A DNA stretch of 64,000 nucleotides. Origin: Octopus sinensis (Eukaryota). The stretch lies in NCBI RefSeq assembly GCF_006345805.1, contig NW_021834150.1, positions 1 to 64,000 on the forward strand. Reading direction: 5' to 3'. The stretch's first letter is position 1; every line of letters begins with the position of its first letter. The notes beneath the pieces were generated by a model, which saw only the letters and a program-made list of their open reading frames with translations, ran no database searches and was not told the DNA's origin. Shown in pieces: positions 1 through 12,639 of this stretch. The translations under genes and the position numbers were made by a program.

Positions 1-3000
1 ATTATGTAATAAATTATGTAATAAATTGCGTAATATATTATGCTATTTGGGAGTTCCCTAGATACAGCATACGAGGGTACTTGAGATTATGTAATAAATT
101 GCGTAATATATTATGCAATTTTGGGGGTGCTAAGATGTGAATATACAGGTACTTGAGATTATGTCATAGATTCGTAAACTGCGTAATAAATTGCGTAATA
201 TTTATGCAATTTAGGGAGGTGCCTAGTTTTGTGAATTTTGGGACTTGAGATTATGTAATAATTATGTAATAAATTGCGTAATATTAATGCTATTGGGGGG
301 AGTTCCCAGATTTAACAATTCGAGGGTACTTGAGATGATATGTATAAATTGCGTAATATATTATGCAATTTTGTATGTGCCTAGATGTGAAGATACGAGG
401 AATTGAGATTATGTAATAGATTTCGTAATAAATTGCGTAATTTATTATGCAATTTGGACGTGCCTAGATGTGAAAAGATGGTACTTGAGATTATGTAATA
501 GATGGCGTAATAAATTGCGTATATGTTGTGCAATTTTAGGGAAATGCCTAGTTTTGTGAATTTTGGTACTGGAGATTATGTAATAAATTGCGTAATATAT
601 TATGCAATTTTGGGAGGTGCTAAGATGTGAAGATTGAGGTACTTGAGATTATGTCATAGATTGCGTAATAAACTGCGTAATAATTGCGTAATATTTTATG
701 CAATTTTAGGGAGGTGCCTAATTTTGTGAATTTTGGGGACTTGAGATTATGTAATAATTTATGTAATAAATTGCATATATTAATGCTATTTGGGGAGTTC
801 CCCTAGATTACAATACGAGGGTACTTGAGATTATGTAATAAATTGCGTAATAATTTGCAATTTGAGGCAAGTTTTCCCCTAATTTTAACAGGGTACTTGA
901 GATTATGTAATAGATTGAGTAATAATTGCGTAAATATTATGCAATTTTGAGGAGGTGCTAGTTTTGTGAATTTTGGGTACTTGAGATTATGTAATAAATT
1001 ATATAATAAATTGCGTAATGATTATGCTATTGGGAGTTTCCCTAATTTTGAAGACGAGGGGTAACTTGAGATTACGTAATAGATTGCGTAATAAATTGCG
1101 TAATATTTATGCAATTTAGGGAGGTGCATAGTTTTGTGAATTTTGGGGTACTTGAATATTATGTAATAATTATGTAATAAATTGCGTATGTATAATCCTA
1201 TTTGGGGAGTTCCCTAGATTTAGCAATACGAGGGTACTTGCGATTATGTAATAAATTGCGTAATATATTATGCAATTTTGGGAGGTGCTAAGATGTGAAG
1301 ATACGAAGGTACTTGAGATTATGTCATAGATTGCGTAATAAACTGCGTAATAAATTGCGTAATATTTTATGCAATTTTAGGGAGGTGCCTAGTTTTGTGA
1401 ATTTTGGGGTACTTGAGATTATGTAATAAATTATGTAATAAATTGCGTAATATATAATGCTATTTGGGGAGTTCCCTAGATTTAACAATACGAGGGTACT
1501 TGAGATTATGTAATAAATTGCGTAATATATTATGCAATTTTAGGGAGGTGCATAGTTTTGTGAATTTTGGGGTACTTGAGATTATGTAATAAATTATGTA
1601 ATAAATTGCGTAATGTATAATCCTATTTGGGGAGTTCCCTAGATACAGCAATACGAGGGTACTTGCGATTATGTAATAAATTGCGTAATATATTATGCAA
1701 TTTTGGGAGGTGCTAAGATGTGAAGATACGAAGGTACTTGAGATTATGTCATAGATTGCGTAATAAACTGCGTAATAAATTGCGTAATATATTATGCAAT
1801 TTTAGGGAGGTGCATAGTTTTGTGAATTTTGGGGTACTTGAGATTATGTAATAAATTATGTAATAAATTGCGTAATGTATAATCCTATTTGGGGAGTTCC
1901 CTAGATACAGCAATACGAGGGTACTTGCGATTATGTAATAAATTGCGTAATATATTATGCAATTTTGGGAGGTGCTAAGATGTGAAGATACGAAGGTACT
2001 TGAGATTATGTCATAGATTGCGTAATAAACTGCGTAATATTTTATGCAATTTTAGGGAGGTGCCTAGTTTTGTGAATTTTGGGGTACTTGAGATTATGTA
2101 ATAAATTATGTAATAAATTGCGTAATATATAATGCTATTTGGGGAGTTCCCTAGATTTAACAATTCGAGGGTACTTGAGATTATGTAATAAATTGCGTAA
2201 TATATTATGCAATTTTGTATGTGCGTAGATGTGAAGATACGAGGGTAATTGAGATTATGTAATAGATTGCGTAATAAATTGCGTAATTTATTATGCAATT
2301 TTTGGACGTGCCTAGATGTGAAGAGTCGAGGGTACTTGAGATTATGTCATAGATTGCGTAATAAACTGCGTAATAAATTGCGTAATATTTTATGCAATTT
2401 TAGGGAGGTGCCTAGTTTTGTGAATTTTAGGGTACTTGAGATTATGTAATAAATTATGTAATAAATTGCGTAATATATAATGCTATTTGGGGAGTTCCCT
2501 ACATTTAGCAATACGAGGGTACTTGAGATTATGTTATAGATTGCGTAATAAACTGCGTAATAAATTGCGTAATATTTTATACAATTTTAGGGAGGTGCCT
2601 AATTTTGTGAATTTTGGGGTACTTGAGATTATGTAATAAATTATGTAATAAATTGCATAATGTATAATGCTATTTGGGGAGTTCCCTAGATTTAGCAATA
2701 CGAGGGTACTTGAGATTATGTAATAAATTGCGTAATATATTATGCAATTTGGCGAGTTTCCTAAATTTTACGAGGGTACTTGAGATTATGTAATAGATTG
2801 AGTAATAAATTGCGTAATATATTATGCAATTTTGAGGAGGTGCTTAGTTTTGTGAATTTTGGGGTACTTGAGATTATGTAATAAATTATGTAATAAATTG
2901 CGTAATATATAATGCTATTTGGGGAGTTCCCTAAATTCAAGAATACGAGGGTACTTGAGATTACGTAATAGATTGCGTAATAAATTGCGTAATATATTAT

Positions 3001-4750
3001 GCAATTTTAGGGAGGTGCATAGTTTTGTGAATTTTGGGGTACTTGAGATTATGTAATAAATTATGTAATAAATTGCGTAATGTATAATCCTATTTGGGGA
3101 GTTCCCTAGATACAGCAATACGAGGGTACTTGCGATTATGTAATAAATTGCGTAATATATTATGCAATTTTGGGAGGTGCTAAGATGTGAAGATACGAAG
3201 GTACTTGAGATTATGTCATAGATTGCGTAATAAACTGCGTAATAAATTGCGTAATATTTTATGCAATTTTAGGGAGGTGCCTAGTTTTGTGAATTTTGGG
3301 GTACTTGAGATTATGTAATAAATTATGTAATAAATTGCGTAATATATAATGCTATTTGGGGAGTTCCCTAGATTTAACAATTCGAGGGTACTTGAGATTA
3401 TGTAATAAATTGCGTAATATATTATGCAATTTTGTATGTGCCTAGATGTGAAGATACGAGGGTAATTGAGATTATGTAATAGATTGCGTAATAAATTGCG
3501 TAATTTATTATGCAATTTTTGGACGTGCCTAGATGTGAAGATACGAGGGTACTTGAGATTATGTAATAGATTGCGTAATAAATTGCGTAATATGTTGTGC
3601 AATTTTAGGGAAATGCCTAGTTTTGTGAATTTTGGGGTACTGGAGATTATGTAATAAATTGCGTAATATATTATGCAATTTTGGGAGGTGCTAAGATGTG
3701 AAGAGTTGTGGGTACTTGAGATTATGTCATAGATTGCGTAATAAACTGCGTAATAAATTGCGTAATATTTTATGCAATTTTAGGGAGGTGCCTAGTTTTG
3801 TGAATTTTGGGGTACTTGAGATTATGTAATAAATTATGTAATAAATTGCGTAATATATAATGCTATTTGGGAAGTTCCCTAGATTTAGCAATACGAGGGT
3901 ACTTGAGATTATCTAATAGATTGCGTAATAAACTGCGTAATAAATTGCGTAATATTATATACAATTTTAGGGAGGTGCCTAATTTTGTGAATGTTGGGGT
4001 ACTTGAGATTATGTAATAAATTATGTAATAAATTGCATAATGCTATTTGGGGAGTTCCCTAGATTTAGCAATACGAGGGTACTTGAGATTATGTAATAAA
4101 TTGCGTAATATATTATGCAATTTGGCGAGTTTCCTAAATTTTACGAGGGTACTTGAGATTATGTAATAAATTATGTAATAAATTGCGTAATGTATAATGC
4201 TATTTGGGGAGTTCCCTAGATACAGCAATACGAGGGTACTTGAGATTATGTAATAAATTGCGTAATATATTATGCAATTTGTCGAGTTTCCTAAATTTTA
4301 CGAGGGTAATTGAGATTATGTAATAGATTGCGTAATAAATTGCGTAATATATTATGCAATTTTAGGGAGATGCTTAATTTTGTGAATTTTGGGGTACTTG
4401 AGATTATGTAATAAATTATGTAATAAATTGCGTAATATATAATGCTATTTGAGGAGTTCCCTGGATTTAACAATACGAGGGTACTTGAGATTATGTAATA
4501 GATTGCGTAATAATTTGCGTAATATATTATGCAATTTTAGGAATGTGCCTAGTATTGTGAATTTTGGGGTACTTGATTGGAGAGTTTCCTAAGTTTTACG
4601 AGGGTACTTGAGATTACGTAATAGATTGCGTAATAAATTGCGTAATAAATTGCGTAATATATAATGCAATATTAGGGAGGTGCCTAGTTTTGTGAATTTG
4701 GTGTACTTGAGATTATGTAATAGATTGCGTAATAAATTGCGTACTACATA
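1..4750. repeat. Complex AT-rich satellite, ~60-90-bp monomers with higher-order structure
   Basis: Recurrent core GGGTACTTGAGATTATGTAATAAATTGCGTAATAT(A/T)TTATGCAATT, followed by one of about six related 25-35-bp variable segments. Blocks recur at ~260-bp and ~1.2-kb offsets. The ORFs called here are repeat artefacts. Confidence 0.97.
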
Positions 4751-4759
4751 TGATTCTGT

Positions 4760-6519
4760 GCAAACTCTTCCGGTCCTTATTTATTTGACAAAAAGGGTTT
4801 AGACGAGATGACCTTCTTCCAGTATAGAAGCAACGTCTCCTATGTCGAATAAAACAAAGCAAAAGTTCACTTATATTATGAAACAATTTTTAAAGAAACA
4901 TTACAAATTGATTGAATATAAAATGAAAATGTAATTTTTTAAAAGTTAATTTTTTTAATCATTGACTTTGGAATTGTCTTCCTTTCACTAGATGTGCAAT
5001 TCTCAACGAGAACGGAATGCAGAGAAACTTCTTCCACTACTAGAAATTGTTCCTTGCTAAAAAAACTAGTGAGTAGATATTTTCTTGTTTTTATATTTTT
5101 ATCGAAATCAATTTTAATTGTAACATTATCTCCAATTGTGATATCTTTTTTTCGAAAATTTTCATTTGCGTCTTCTGTAACTTTTCTTTTATACTTTTCA
5201 TTATGAGTTTTTACTTCTAAGGATAATTCCGTTTCTTCCGATTCTGAGTTAATCTCTTCTTCTGCGCCTCCACATGACAAAATATTAAAACCCGTTATTC
5301 CGTAAAATAGACTGGGTAAATAAAAAGAGACTAACCTAAATGGTGACTTTCCAGTTGCGCGATGACAAGTTATGTTGTATTTATACACCACCTTCTGTAG
5401 AATTTCTCTCCACCTTATAGATTCTGTTGCGAACAAAGTCTTCCCCAACCAACGTTTGAGAGTTTGGTTATATCTTTCTATTTGTCCTTGAGATTGTGGG
5501 TGGCTTGGTCTTCCATATATCGGAGTTATTTTCCAATCATCAAGAAGTTTTGAAACTTCTTTGTTGCGGAATTCCTTTCCATTGTCCGAATGAAAATAAA
5601 TTGGAGGACCGACAGTGTGGAATAAACTCTCAATTGCATTATAGATGCTTTGTGATGTTTTATTCTCTAACGCGAATGACCATGCTTTTTGTATGCATCG
5701 ATGACAGTAAGTATCCATTTAAAATTGTCATTATTTGCAGAATACCGCCTTAGATCTATACAGTCGGCGATAAATCTTTCGTATTTTTTTTCCACAGAAA
5801 TCATTCTGATATTTTCACAAGTACTTAAAGAGTTAAATGATTGGCACGGTATGCATTTTGATACAAAATCACGAATTATACATTGTTTAATTCCAATATA
5901 TTTTTGAGAAATTAGATAACACATTTTATTGAACCCAGGATGTCCTTCATTATGTTCATCACAAAGAATAGATTGAATCCTTTCATGTTCAAAAGGACAT
6001 ATAACAATTTTATGTGTTCCTGATTTGGAATAAGAGAATAATTGATCGTCTGCAAAATGAAGAGTTTTACACTTTCTTCGAATTGTTCGCTTTTTGGTTT
6101 CTGTCATTCCAGGTTCATATTTTTTAGACAATAGATATAGTAAAATAGAATCATATTCTCCTTTGCTATTGATGTGTATCGAGCGCACCATGAACAGTTT
6201 AAAAAACGTGAAACTGTTAAATAAAAATTTAAACTTTTAATAATAAAAATCCGGAAAAAAATATAGACATTTTATCCCCAATTCGACTCATTTCCTATCT
6301 AATTCAACAAAAATAAAATTTCAATTTTTTTGCCTACCAGAAAAACATGCGGGTACATTTTACCAATAATTTCATCCGTATCCCCGTATAGGACGTTATT
6401 TAGCCAAAATTAGGCGACACAAATAAAATTTATTCCCAAAATCATAATGATTTGGAGTGATAAATCCGATTTATCACTCCGGACACTTAGAACTGGCCCG
6501 GACGCTATAACTTACGACA
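4760..6519 (-). mobile_element. Ginger-like integrase-only DNA transposon G1 (one terminus visible)
   Basis: HHCC zinc finger plus rve core, with no RT or gag nearby. The right end reads TGTCGTAAG... on the - strand with two CCGGAC sub-repeats. The left boundary is approximate. Confidence 0.7.
4939..6191 (-). pseudogene. Retroviral-type integrase (HHCC + DD35E), frameshifted near 5680, with one 24-nt intron (5312-5335)
   Basis: HNEGH...CIPC, IADCIDLRRY, FHSDNGKEF, QSQGQIERYNQTLK. Removing GTTAGTCTCTTTTTATTTACCCAG gives KSPFSLFYGITGFN. Confidence 0.85.
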
Positions 6520-6529
6520 ATATATATAG

Positions 6530-6670
6530 CAATTTGAAAAGGTCCCTAAATGTGAAGATAAGGGGTACTTGAGATTATGTAATAAATTGTGTAATATATT
6601 ATGCAATTTGGGGAGTTTCCTAAGTTTTACGAGGGTACTTGAGATTATGAAATAAAGTGCGTAATATAAG
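6530..6670. repeat. Detached remnant of the 1-4750 satellite (about 2 monomers)
   Basis: GGGGTACTTGAGATTATGTAATAAATTGTGTAATATATTATGCAATTTGGGAGTTTCCTAAG, same family and orientation. Confidence 0.9.
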
Positions 6671-6679
6671 ATTATAAAC

Positions 6680-8520
6680 ATTTAAATTTAGTCAAATTAT
6701 AACCTTTCTACCTGACCTTGAATCCAGGGGGCCCTTGGTCTTCCTCGTACATGCTTTATAGAAGAGAATAGAATAGTGTTTATTGAGCGAAAAGAAAAAG
6801 AAAAACAAGGAAGAAATCATCGGCGGGGAGATAAAAAAACAAGGCACCGAAGTGTCTCTTTCCATGCGTATCCCCAATACTAGTCATGTTTGACGACAAT
6901 TCTCCAAGACCATCCGGATCGTGGGCACAGAGGATTCTTGTGAGTCTTTTAACCTTCCGTCAAGTTGTACTCCGTAAGCCAATTTCATAGCGAAACGTCT
7001 TGTCTTTTCCAACTGTTCGATCAGGTAGTCACTCTCCTCCGTACCGTACCAGCCCTCGTAACCATATGTGAGGACTGGCTGCACACACGTTTTGTATACG
7101 TAGATGTACGTTTCCGAATCCAGATGGAACCTGGTTAAGCTTTTGAGGATCCTCACACTCCTCTTTCTCTGATTTGCTATATGCTCTACGTACGAGCCAC
7201 GACAGTTGATGGTTGCTCCCAGGTAAGAAAGATTTTTGCTTTTCGGGAGATCCATCACATAGCTACTCATCGCATATGCACACGACTCCGCATAGCGACT
7301 CCCTCTCCGCAACCATGAAATGGTGCTCTTCTCCGGTGCTAGGGTCAAACCCTTCTCTATAGTCCACATCTTTAGCGTTGCAATGTATGATTTCAGTCTT
7401 CTCCAAGACTGCGATATCCTTTTCGAGGTATCCATGACCAGGATATCGTCAGCATAGATAACGAGCTTGCCAGTACGTGTCGACGGCAGAGGAATGTCCG
7501 CCAAGAAGAGGTTGAACAGAAGTGGACTCAAGATAGATCCCTGCGGGACTCCCCTTCTAAGTTCCACACACCCCGATAGGCGGTTTCCATAGCGGACAAA
7601 TGATTGTCTTCGTACATGCTTTATGTTGTACTTTTCACAAAGCCGAATCATATGGGCATTACAAAATTCCTTGCCGTTGTCCGTATGCAGTATTAATGGA
7701 GGCCCCACGTAGAAAAAACTTTTTGAAATAGAGATGTAATTTCAGCGGAGCTTTTTGAATAAGCTAACTCGACCATGGCATATTTCGAAAAAGAATCAAC
7801 AATAACAAGAATCTAATCGTTTAAGAGAAGGCAAATACCCAATTAAATGAGTCATTAATTTCCGAATATCTTCGGAGATCGACCAGATCGGCGATATACC
7901 GGTCTCTACTTCTTGCAATTATCGGCGTAATAGGTGGCTTTTTTGCTAATGCCTTTTTAGACTAAAAATATAGGAAAAATCGTTACCTGACAAGAGACAC
8001 ATTGGGAAATGACTTGATTTATTTCGTTTCTTGTAATTCCATAGTAGCGTGATCTGAGCTTAGAAAATAAGCGATCTCTACCAAAGTGATTAATATTGTC
8101 TTCAACCTATTGATATTGTATTCAAATACATACCTCAACAAATTTGCGTCTCAATTCAGTTCCATCCGTACAAAAAAACGTAATTTTAGATTATTGTGCG
8201 AAATGAATGGCGTTTCGCCTTCAAAAACAAATGACATAACCAATTTTGCTAGCCTAAATCGTTTCATCCGAGACGATGAATCCTCCGAAAGAAAATCACA
8301 GGGGTTTTCTTGAAATTCTTTGATTTTCTGTAGGGATTCTTTTGTTATTTGCACTAAACGCATTATACACAGTTGATAAAATGATTAAAATTTATTCATA
8401 ATTTATTAATATTTATAGATATTTTTTTTCAAATGAAATTATTATTGTTTAACGTATTTTTAATTTTTTTTGTTTACATGCGTAACGCTTCCGGCGCCGT
8501 AACGCTTCCGGACTGCGACA
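6680..8520 (-). mobile_element. Ginger-like integrase transposon G2, spliced integrase gene interrupted by a LINE
   Basis: ATG at 8363. Introns 8107-8133 (27 nt), 7962-7986 (25 nt) and 7813-7838 (26 nt) restore ...CVSCQ/SKK...IADLVDLRRY...NW/ILVIVDSFSK...HTDNGKEF. The frame resumes past the LINE as IKHVRGRPRAPWIQGQVER. The terminus TGTCGCAGTCCGGAAGCG is at 8520. Two single-T homopolymer frameshifts. Confidence 0.85.
6760..7609 (-). mobile_element. 5'-truncated LINE (RT C-terminal half + 3' UTR) with 15-bp TSD
   Basis: RRGVPQGSILSPLLFN and YADD motifs, and a (TTCTA)n-like tail. TSD TCGTACATGCTTTAT at 6745-6759 and 7610-7624. Confidence 0.92.
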
Positions 8521-8699
8521 TTTTATTTTTAGTGTCTTGATATTTAAAATTATAAGTAGACTAGATTGACTATCAAAGATTCTAAAAGTTGAGAAATAAA
8601 TTTTATATCATGTCTGGAAATTTAATTTTGTGATTGCAGAGAAAAGTTTGTCTGTGTATAAAAATTTTGATTTGAGTGTTTTGTTTGTGCATAAAGTTT

Positions 8700-9185
8700 T
8701 TTTAATATTTGTAGTCGGACAAGAGAATAACTTGAAAAGTCCATTTGTGGGGATTAACAACCACATGGGTGGATATCGAGGACCTGTCCTGTAGGCTGAC
8801 CTTCATAGATGGCACAATCCAAGTGCTTAGTCAGAAAAACAAAGAGTTTACGAGTGAATTATCAACATGTGAGTAAAAAAGATGGTGTGTTGTATATGGG
8901 AAGATAGAGAGGACGCTGAGTGAGTATAAAAGTCGACCGTGTTGTCTCAATGGGTGAAACAGACAATTGGAGTCGAGGAATAAGGAACTACAGGCTGAAA
9001 AGTTTGATGAAAGTTTTGACAAAATATAAGTGTAGTTTGGCATTATTCTGTGTAAAAAATGTTATGACTTGTGGTATTGGAAGTAGTACAAATCAAGTTT
9101 ATGATGCTCATAGACAGAATGATGTGGATTCCCGCATTGACGAGTAATTGGATAAATTTGATTACAAATTATTATTATTATTATT
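8700..9185 (+). mobile_element. Degenerate C-terminus of an RLE-type non-LTR element
   Basis: KYKCSLALF..VMTCG resembles the RLE tail seen in 57273-58316. Ends in (TTA)n. Confidence 0.4.
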
Positions 9186-9309
9186 GAACCAGAAAATGAC
9201 TTAGTTGGTGTATTTTTGAAATAAAGTGCAGTTTCGTCGCAATTAAATATATTTTCTTTACCGTAATAAACAACTTTTGTATCTAATCCTTGGAAAATTA
9301 TTCAATAAT

Positions 9310-9640
9310 AATTTTGAAGCGACCATCGACCCAATTTTCTTAATGGTCGGTCCAGATAAAAGAACTTTTTCAAGTCGCAATTTGTGAAAAATTTCGAAAA
9401 CTTTAAGATCGAGATTTTTAAGCTTTTCAGAATCACTAGTTTGCTGGATAAATCAGAATAAATAGTTCCATTATCAAGAAAAGGGAAATCGTTTTTTATA
9501 CGTGAAATTGTAGCCCTGCTAACTTTGAAAATTTCCGCAATTCTGCGCTCTGAAAGCTAATTCCGTTTAATATATTGGGCTATTTCGAGTTTTTTTCGTG
9601 ATCAATTTTCATTTTAGGCATCTAGAAAACATAGAACAGT
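9310..9640 (-). mobile_element. pogo/Tigger transposase N-terminal remnant
   Basis: LSERRIAEIFKVSRATISRIK (HTH) and FEIFHKLRLEKVLLSGPTIK (CENP-B-type HTH) in broken frames. Confidence 0.5.
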
Positions 9641-10689
9641 GGAAAATACTTCAACAAAGATAACAACGCGACATGACTGAACTCGTTTTATCAACTTATT
9701 AAAAAGTTGGTTTTGAGGCCTCTCTACGCTTTCTTGATAACCTGAAAAAAACCCAGAAGAAAGTCGCAGTTGTTATTAAGCAGAGTGAAGACTGTATCAT
9801 CATCGAGGATGAGGAACATTTGAAAATTATCAACAAAAAATATTGTTTGAGATGTAACCAATGAATTGTTATACCGAAAAAATACAATTTTAAAAGGCAT
9901 TTTAATTCCAATCAAGATTATGCGATCATTTCGAAGTTATTAAGTTGTTTATTAACCAAAAAGTCCTAAATGAGTTACGAAATAAAAGGCTTATTTCACA
10001 CAAAATCACAATCAAATTTCAATAAGTGCTCAATAAACATTCAGATGGAGAAAGCTCGAATGACTTTAGAAAGGAAGGAGCTGTGCATCACGATCATTAC
10101 GGATTTGATTAATATATCTATCTCTTTCCTTCTCGACATTTTGACGTTGAGGGAAGACAACAGTTCTCAGTCTTTCCGGAACTTATTGTCTCATTTGTCT
10201 ATTGTTTGAAGCATGTCAACGGACTGGCATTTGGATTAACGTCTCTTCTTCTGCAGTAGAAATTACACCCAATCTTTTGTTGCAAAAATCAAAAAAACGT
10301 CTGTCATAGTCTTCAGAGCCTGTTATTTTCATTTTTTTTTAGAAACTAAATACAGTCGGACCTCGTTATGAGCCAGACCTCGGGTATGATTCATACTCGC
10401 TTTATACAAACTCTATTTTTGAGCCACGTTTTTTGAAACTGCTTTTTTCCTAAGGGGTTTGTAAAAATCAATTAAAAATGAACCTCGTTATGAGCCATCT
10501 AAAAATTGCTATAAATTAAATATTTTGTAATATCATTATTTTTATTTCATATTTTTTATCGTTTATTTGAGGGTCTTGTGAAGGACTTTTAAGTTGATCT
10601 TTTTAATCAAAGACTCTTTTTGTCCCAGAAGGCTGAGATTTTAGATTTTGGGAATTGTTTTGAAGAGTTTTGTTCCTAAATTTGGAAAA

Positions 10690-11800
10690 TATGTATAACG
10701 GGAAGGAACCTCCGTAACCCGACTAGAAAAATCCCAAGACAATTGCTTAAGAAGTAAATTATAAATGGGATCAATGCCTCAATTAAAGAATATATTGATT
10801 CTGTGCACAATTTGAATATCAACGATATTACTGATATCATCTATGCAGGACAGTGCACATATGAGAGCCTTACCCAGATAATTAGAACTAAGAGTAATTG
10901 GGAAGAATTAATGAAGAGCAAACTCATTAAACTAAAACAGCAGCTTGAACAAATTAAAACTGCTAGTGAATTAAAAGAAAAGAAACAATTTGATGAAGAA
11001 ACGCGTAATACGTTGTGCTCAATTTTAATGAGGACGAATGCCTCCCTTTCTGGAGAAAAATTTGGGATCAACATGAATCTAAGAATAGCAATTTTCTGAT
11101 CACCACAAGAGTGACTGGATCAGAGAATATTCGTGCAGAATTTACGGATGAGGCAATTATTAAAATTATCAAGATGCTTCCTAATTGGAGAGCATGCGGG
11201 TGTGACGGAGCCTACAATTTCTTTATCAACAATTTTACATCAATTCATGGACATCTTTGTAATGAGATTCGCAAGATTATAAATAAAGACTTTACCCCTG
11301 ATGATTGGTTTTATACGGGAATCACATATCTGATCCCTAAGAAGGACGTATGTGACTCCCCCAAGGATTTGAGGCCAATCACATGTATGCCTAATTTATA
11401 TAGGTTGACGACGAAATGTGTAAACATAAAGTTTTCAGAGTATATTAATTCTTTTGGATTAATAAGTGACAATCAACTGGGCACAAGAAGAATGTGCCAG
11501 GGTGCAAAAGAACAAGCCATAATCAACCAGTGTATTAACCAAGAGAATGCCAATAAATTATGTTCATCATGATTTCTTAGACCATTTGTTACAAAAGTCT
11601 GGACTACCTTATTGGATTGTCTGCTTTATTCAGAGTCTTATTAAGGAATGAAAAATACGATTGACTTTTGAAAATAAATCATTGGGTGAAGTAAAAATAA
11701 GAAGAGAAATTTTGCAAGGAAACTTTTTGTCGCCACAGATCTTTGTGTTGGTATTTGACTTTTTGAGTCGATGTTAAATGGAAAATACCCGAAAGTAACA
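10690..11800 (+). mobile_element. RLE-type (R4/NeSL-like) non-LTR RT remnant
   Basis: ACGCDG, TYLIPKK, RPITCM, NQLGTRRMCQGAKEQ; multiple stops and frameshifts. Confidence 0.85.
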
Positions 11801-11809
11801 ATGGCTAAT

Positions 11810-12300
11810 ACCCAGAAATGCCGCCTTGTATGATATTGTCAAGCGCGCGCTTTACTCCGCTGGAATCCCTTCGATCCTGGAGCCGGTTAAGTTAGACAGT
11901 GGTGACGGAAAACGTCCTGATGTGTCCACGCAATTCCCGTTCAAGGGGGGACTCGCTCTCGTTTGGAACGTCACCTGTGTCGACTCGTTTTCCTCGTCAT
12001 CTCTCATCGACTCTGCCTCCCGCCCTGGCTCAGCGTCCGCACATGCTGAAACAAAAAAAATCACATTGTATGCCTCATTGGAGAACACCAGCCTTTTCGT
12101 CCCTCTGGCTTTCGAAACGAGTGGGATAATCGGCCCAAAAGCTCTGGAGTTCCTTTCGGAAATCGGCTTGATGATCTCAAGGAAGAGTCACGAGAGACGT
12201 GAGTCTAGCTGGCTTTCTCGCGATATTGCGCGGAAACTGCCTGTCTATTCGCTCGTCCTCTCAATCAAAGAATTAACGTGGATCATTGAATTATTATTAT
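11810..12300 (+). mobile_element. CRE/HERO-like non-LTR 3' fragment (restriction-like endonuclease)
   Basis: DGKRPDV, LVWNVTC, FVPLAFETSG; (TTA)n end. Confidence 0.85.
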
Positions 12301-12639
12301 TTTATGAAAACTTTTCATAATTGGCCACAAATTTTGATTTCAAATGCCATTAAATGCCATTTTCAGTTAATCAACTATTTGGTTGGGTGACGTCACTGAG
12401 TAGTTGTTGCCTAACCTAGTTAAGCGCTAGTCTTGTTTTGGTAAGGTGACCACTTCTATTTAACTGACTAGTTAAGATAGGTTGCCTAGTCTAGTTAAGC
12501 GGCATAGATCACACTCTTGTCGAGAATTGCCATCAAATCATCGTTGCTCACTTACCGGGACTTGTGAAATGGTTCTCGGCTGGATATTTATCGGTATTAG
12601 GGTACATGAGATTTCAAATTGACAGAATATTTCATTTTT

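Noticed and set aside
1460-4473. ORFs within the satellite
   Set aside because: Low-complexity translations of stop-poor repeat frames.
200-4700. Telomeric repeat (TTTAGGG within monomers)
   Set aside because: At most one copy per monomer and never tandem.
1-4750. CRISPR-like array (constant repeat + variable spacer)
   Set aside because: The spacers are homologous to each other and recur, there are no cas genes, and the context is eukaryotic.
6884-7708. Novel natural integrase-RT fusion gene
   Set aside because: Explained by a LINE insertion with a 15-bp TSD.
4939-8363. LTR retrotransposon or endogenous retrovirus
   Set aside because: No gag, protease, LTR-type RT/RNase H or LTRs. TIRs and introns favour DNA transposons.
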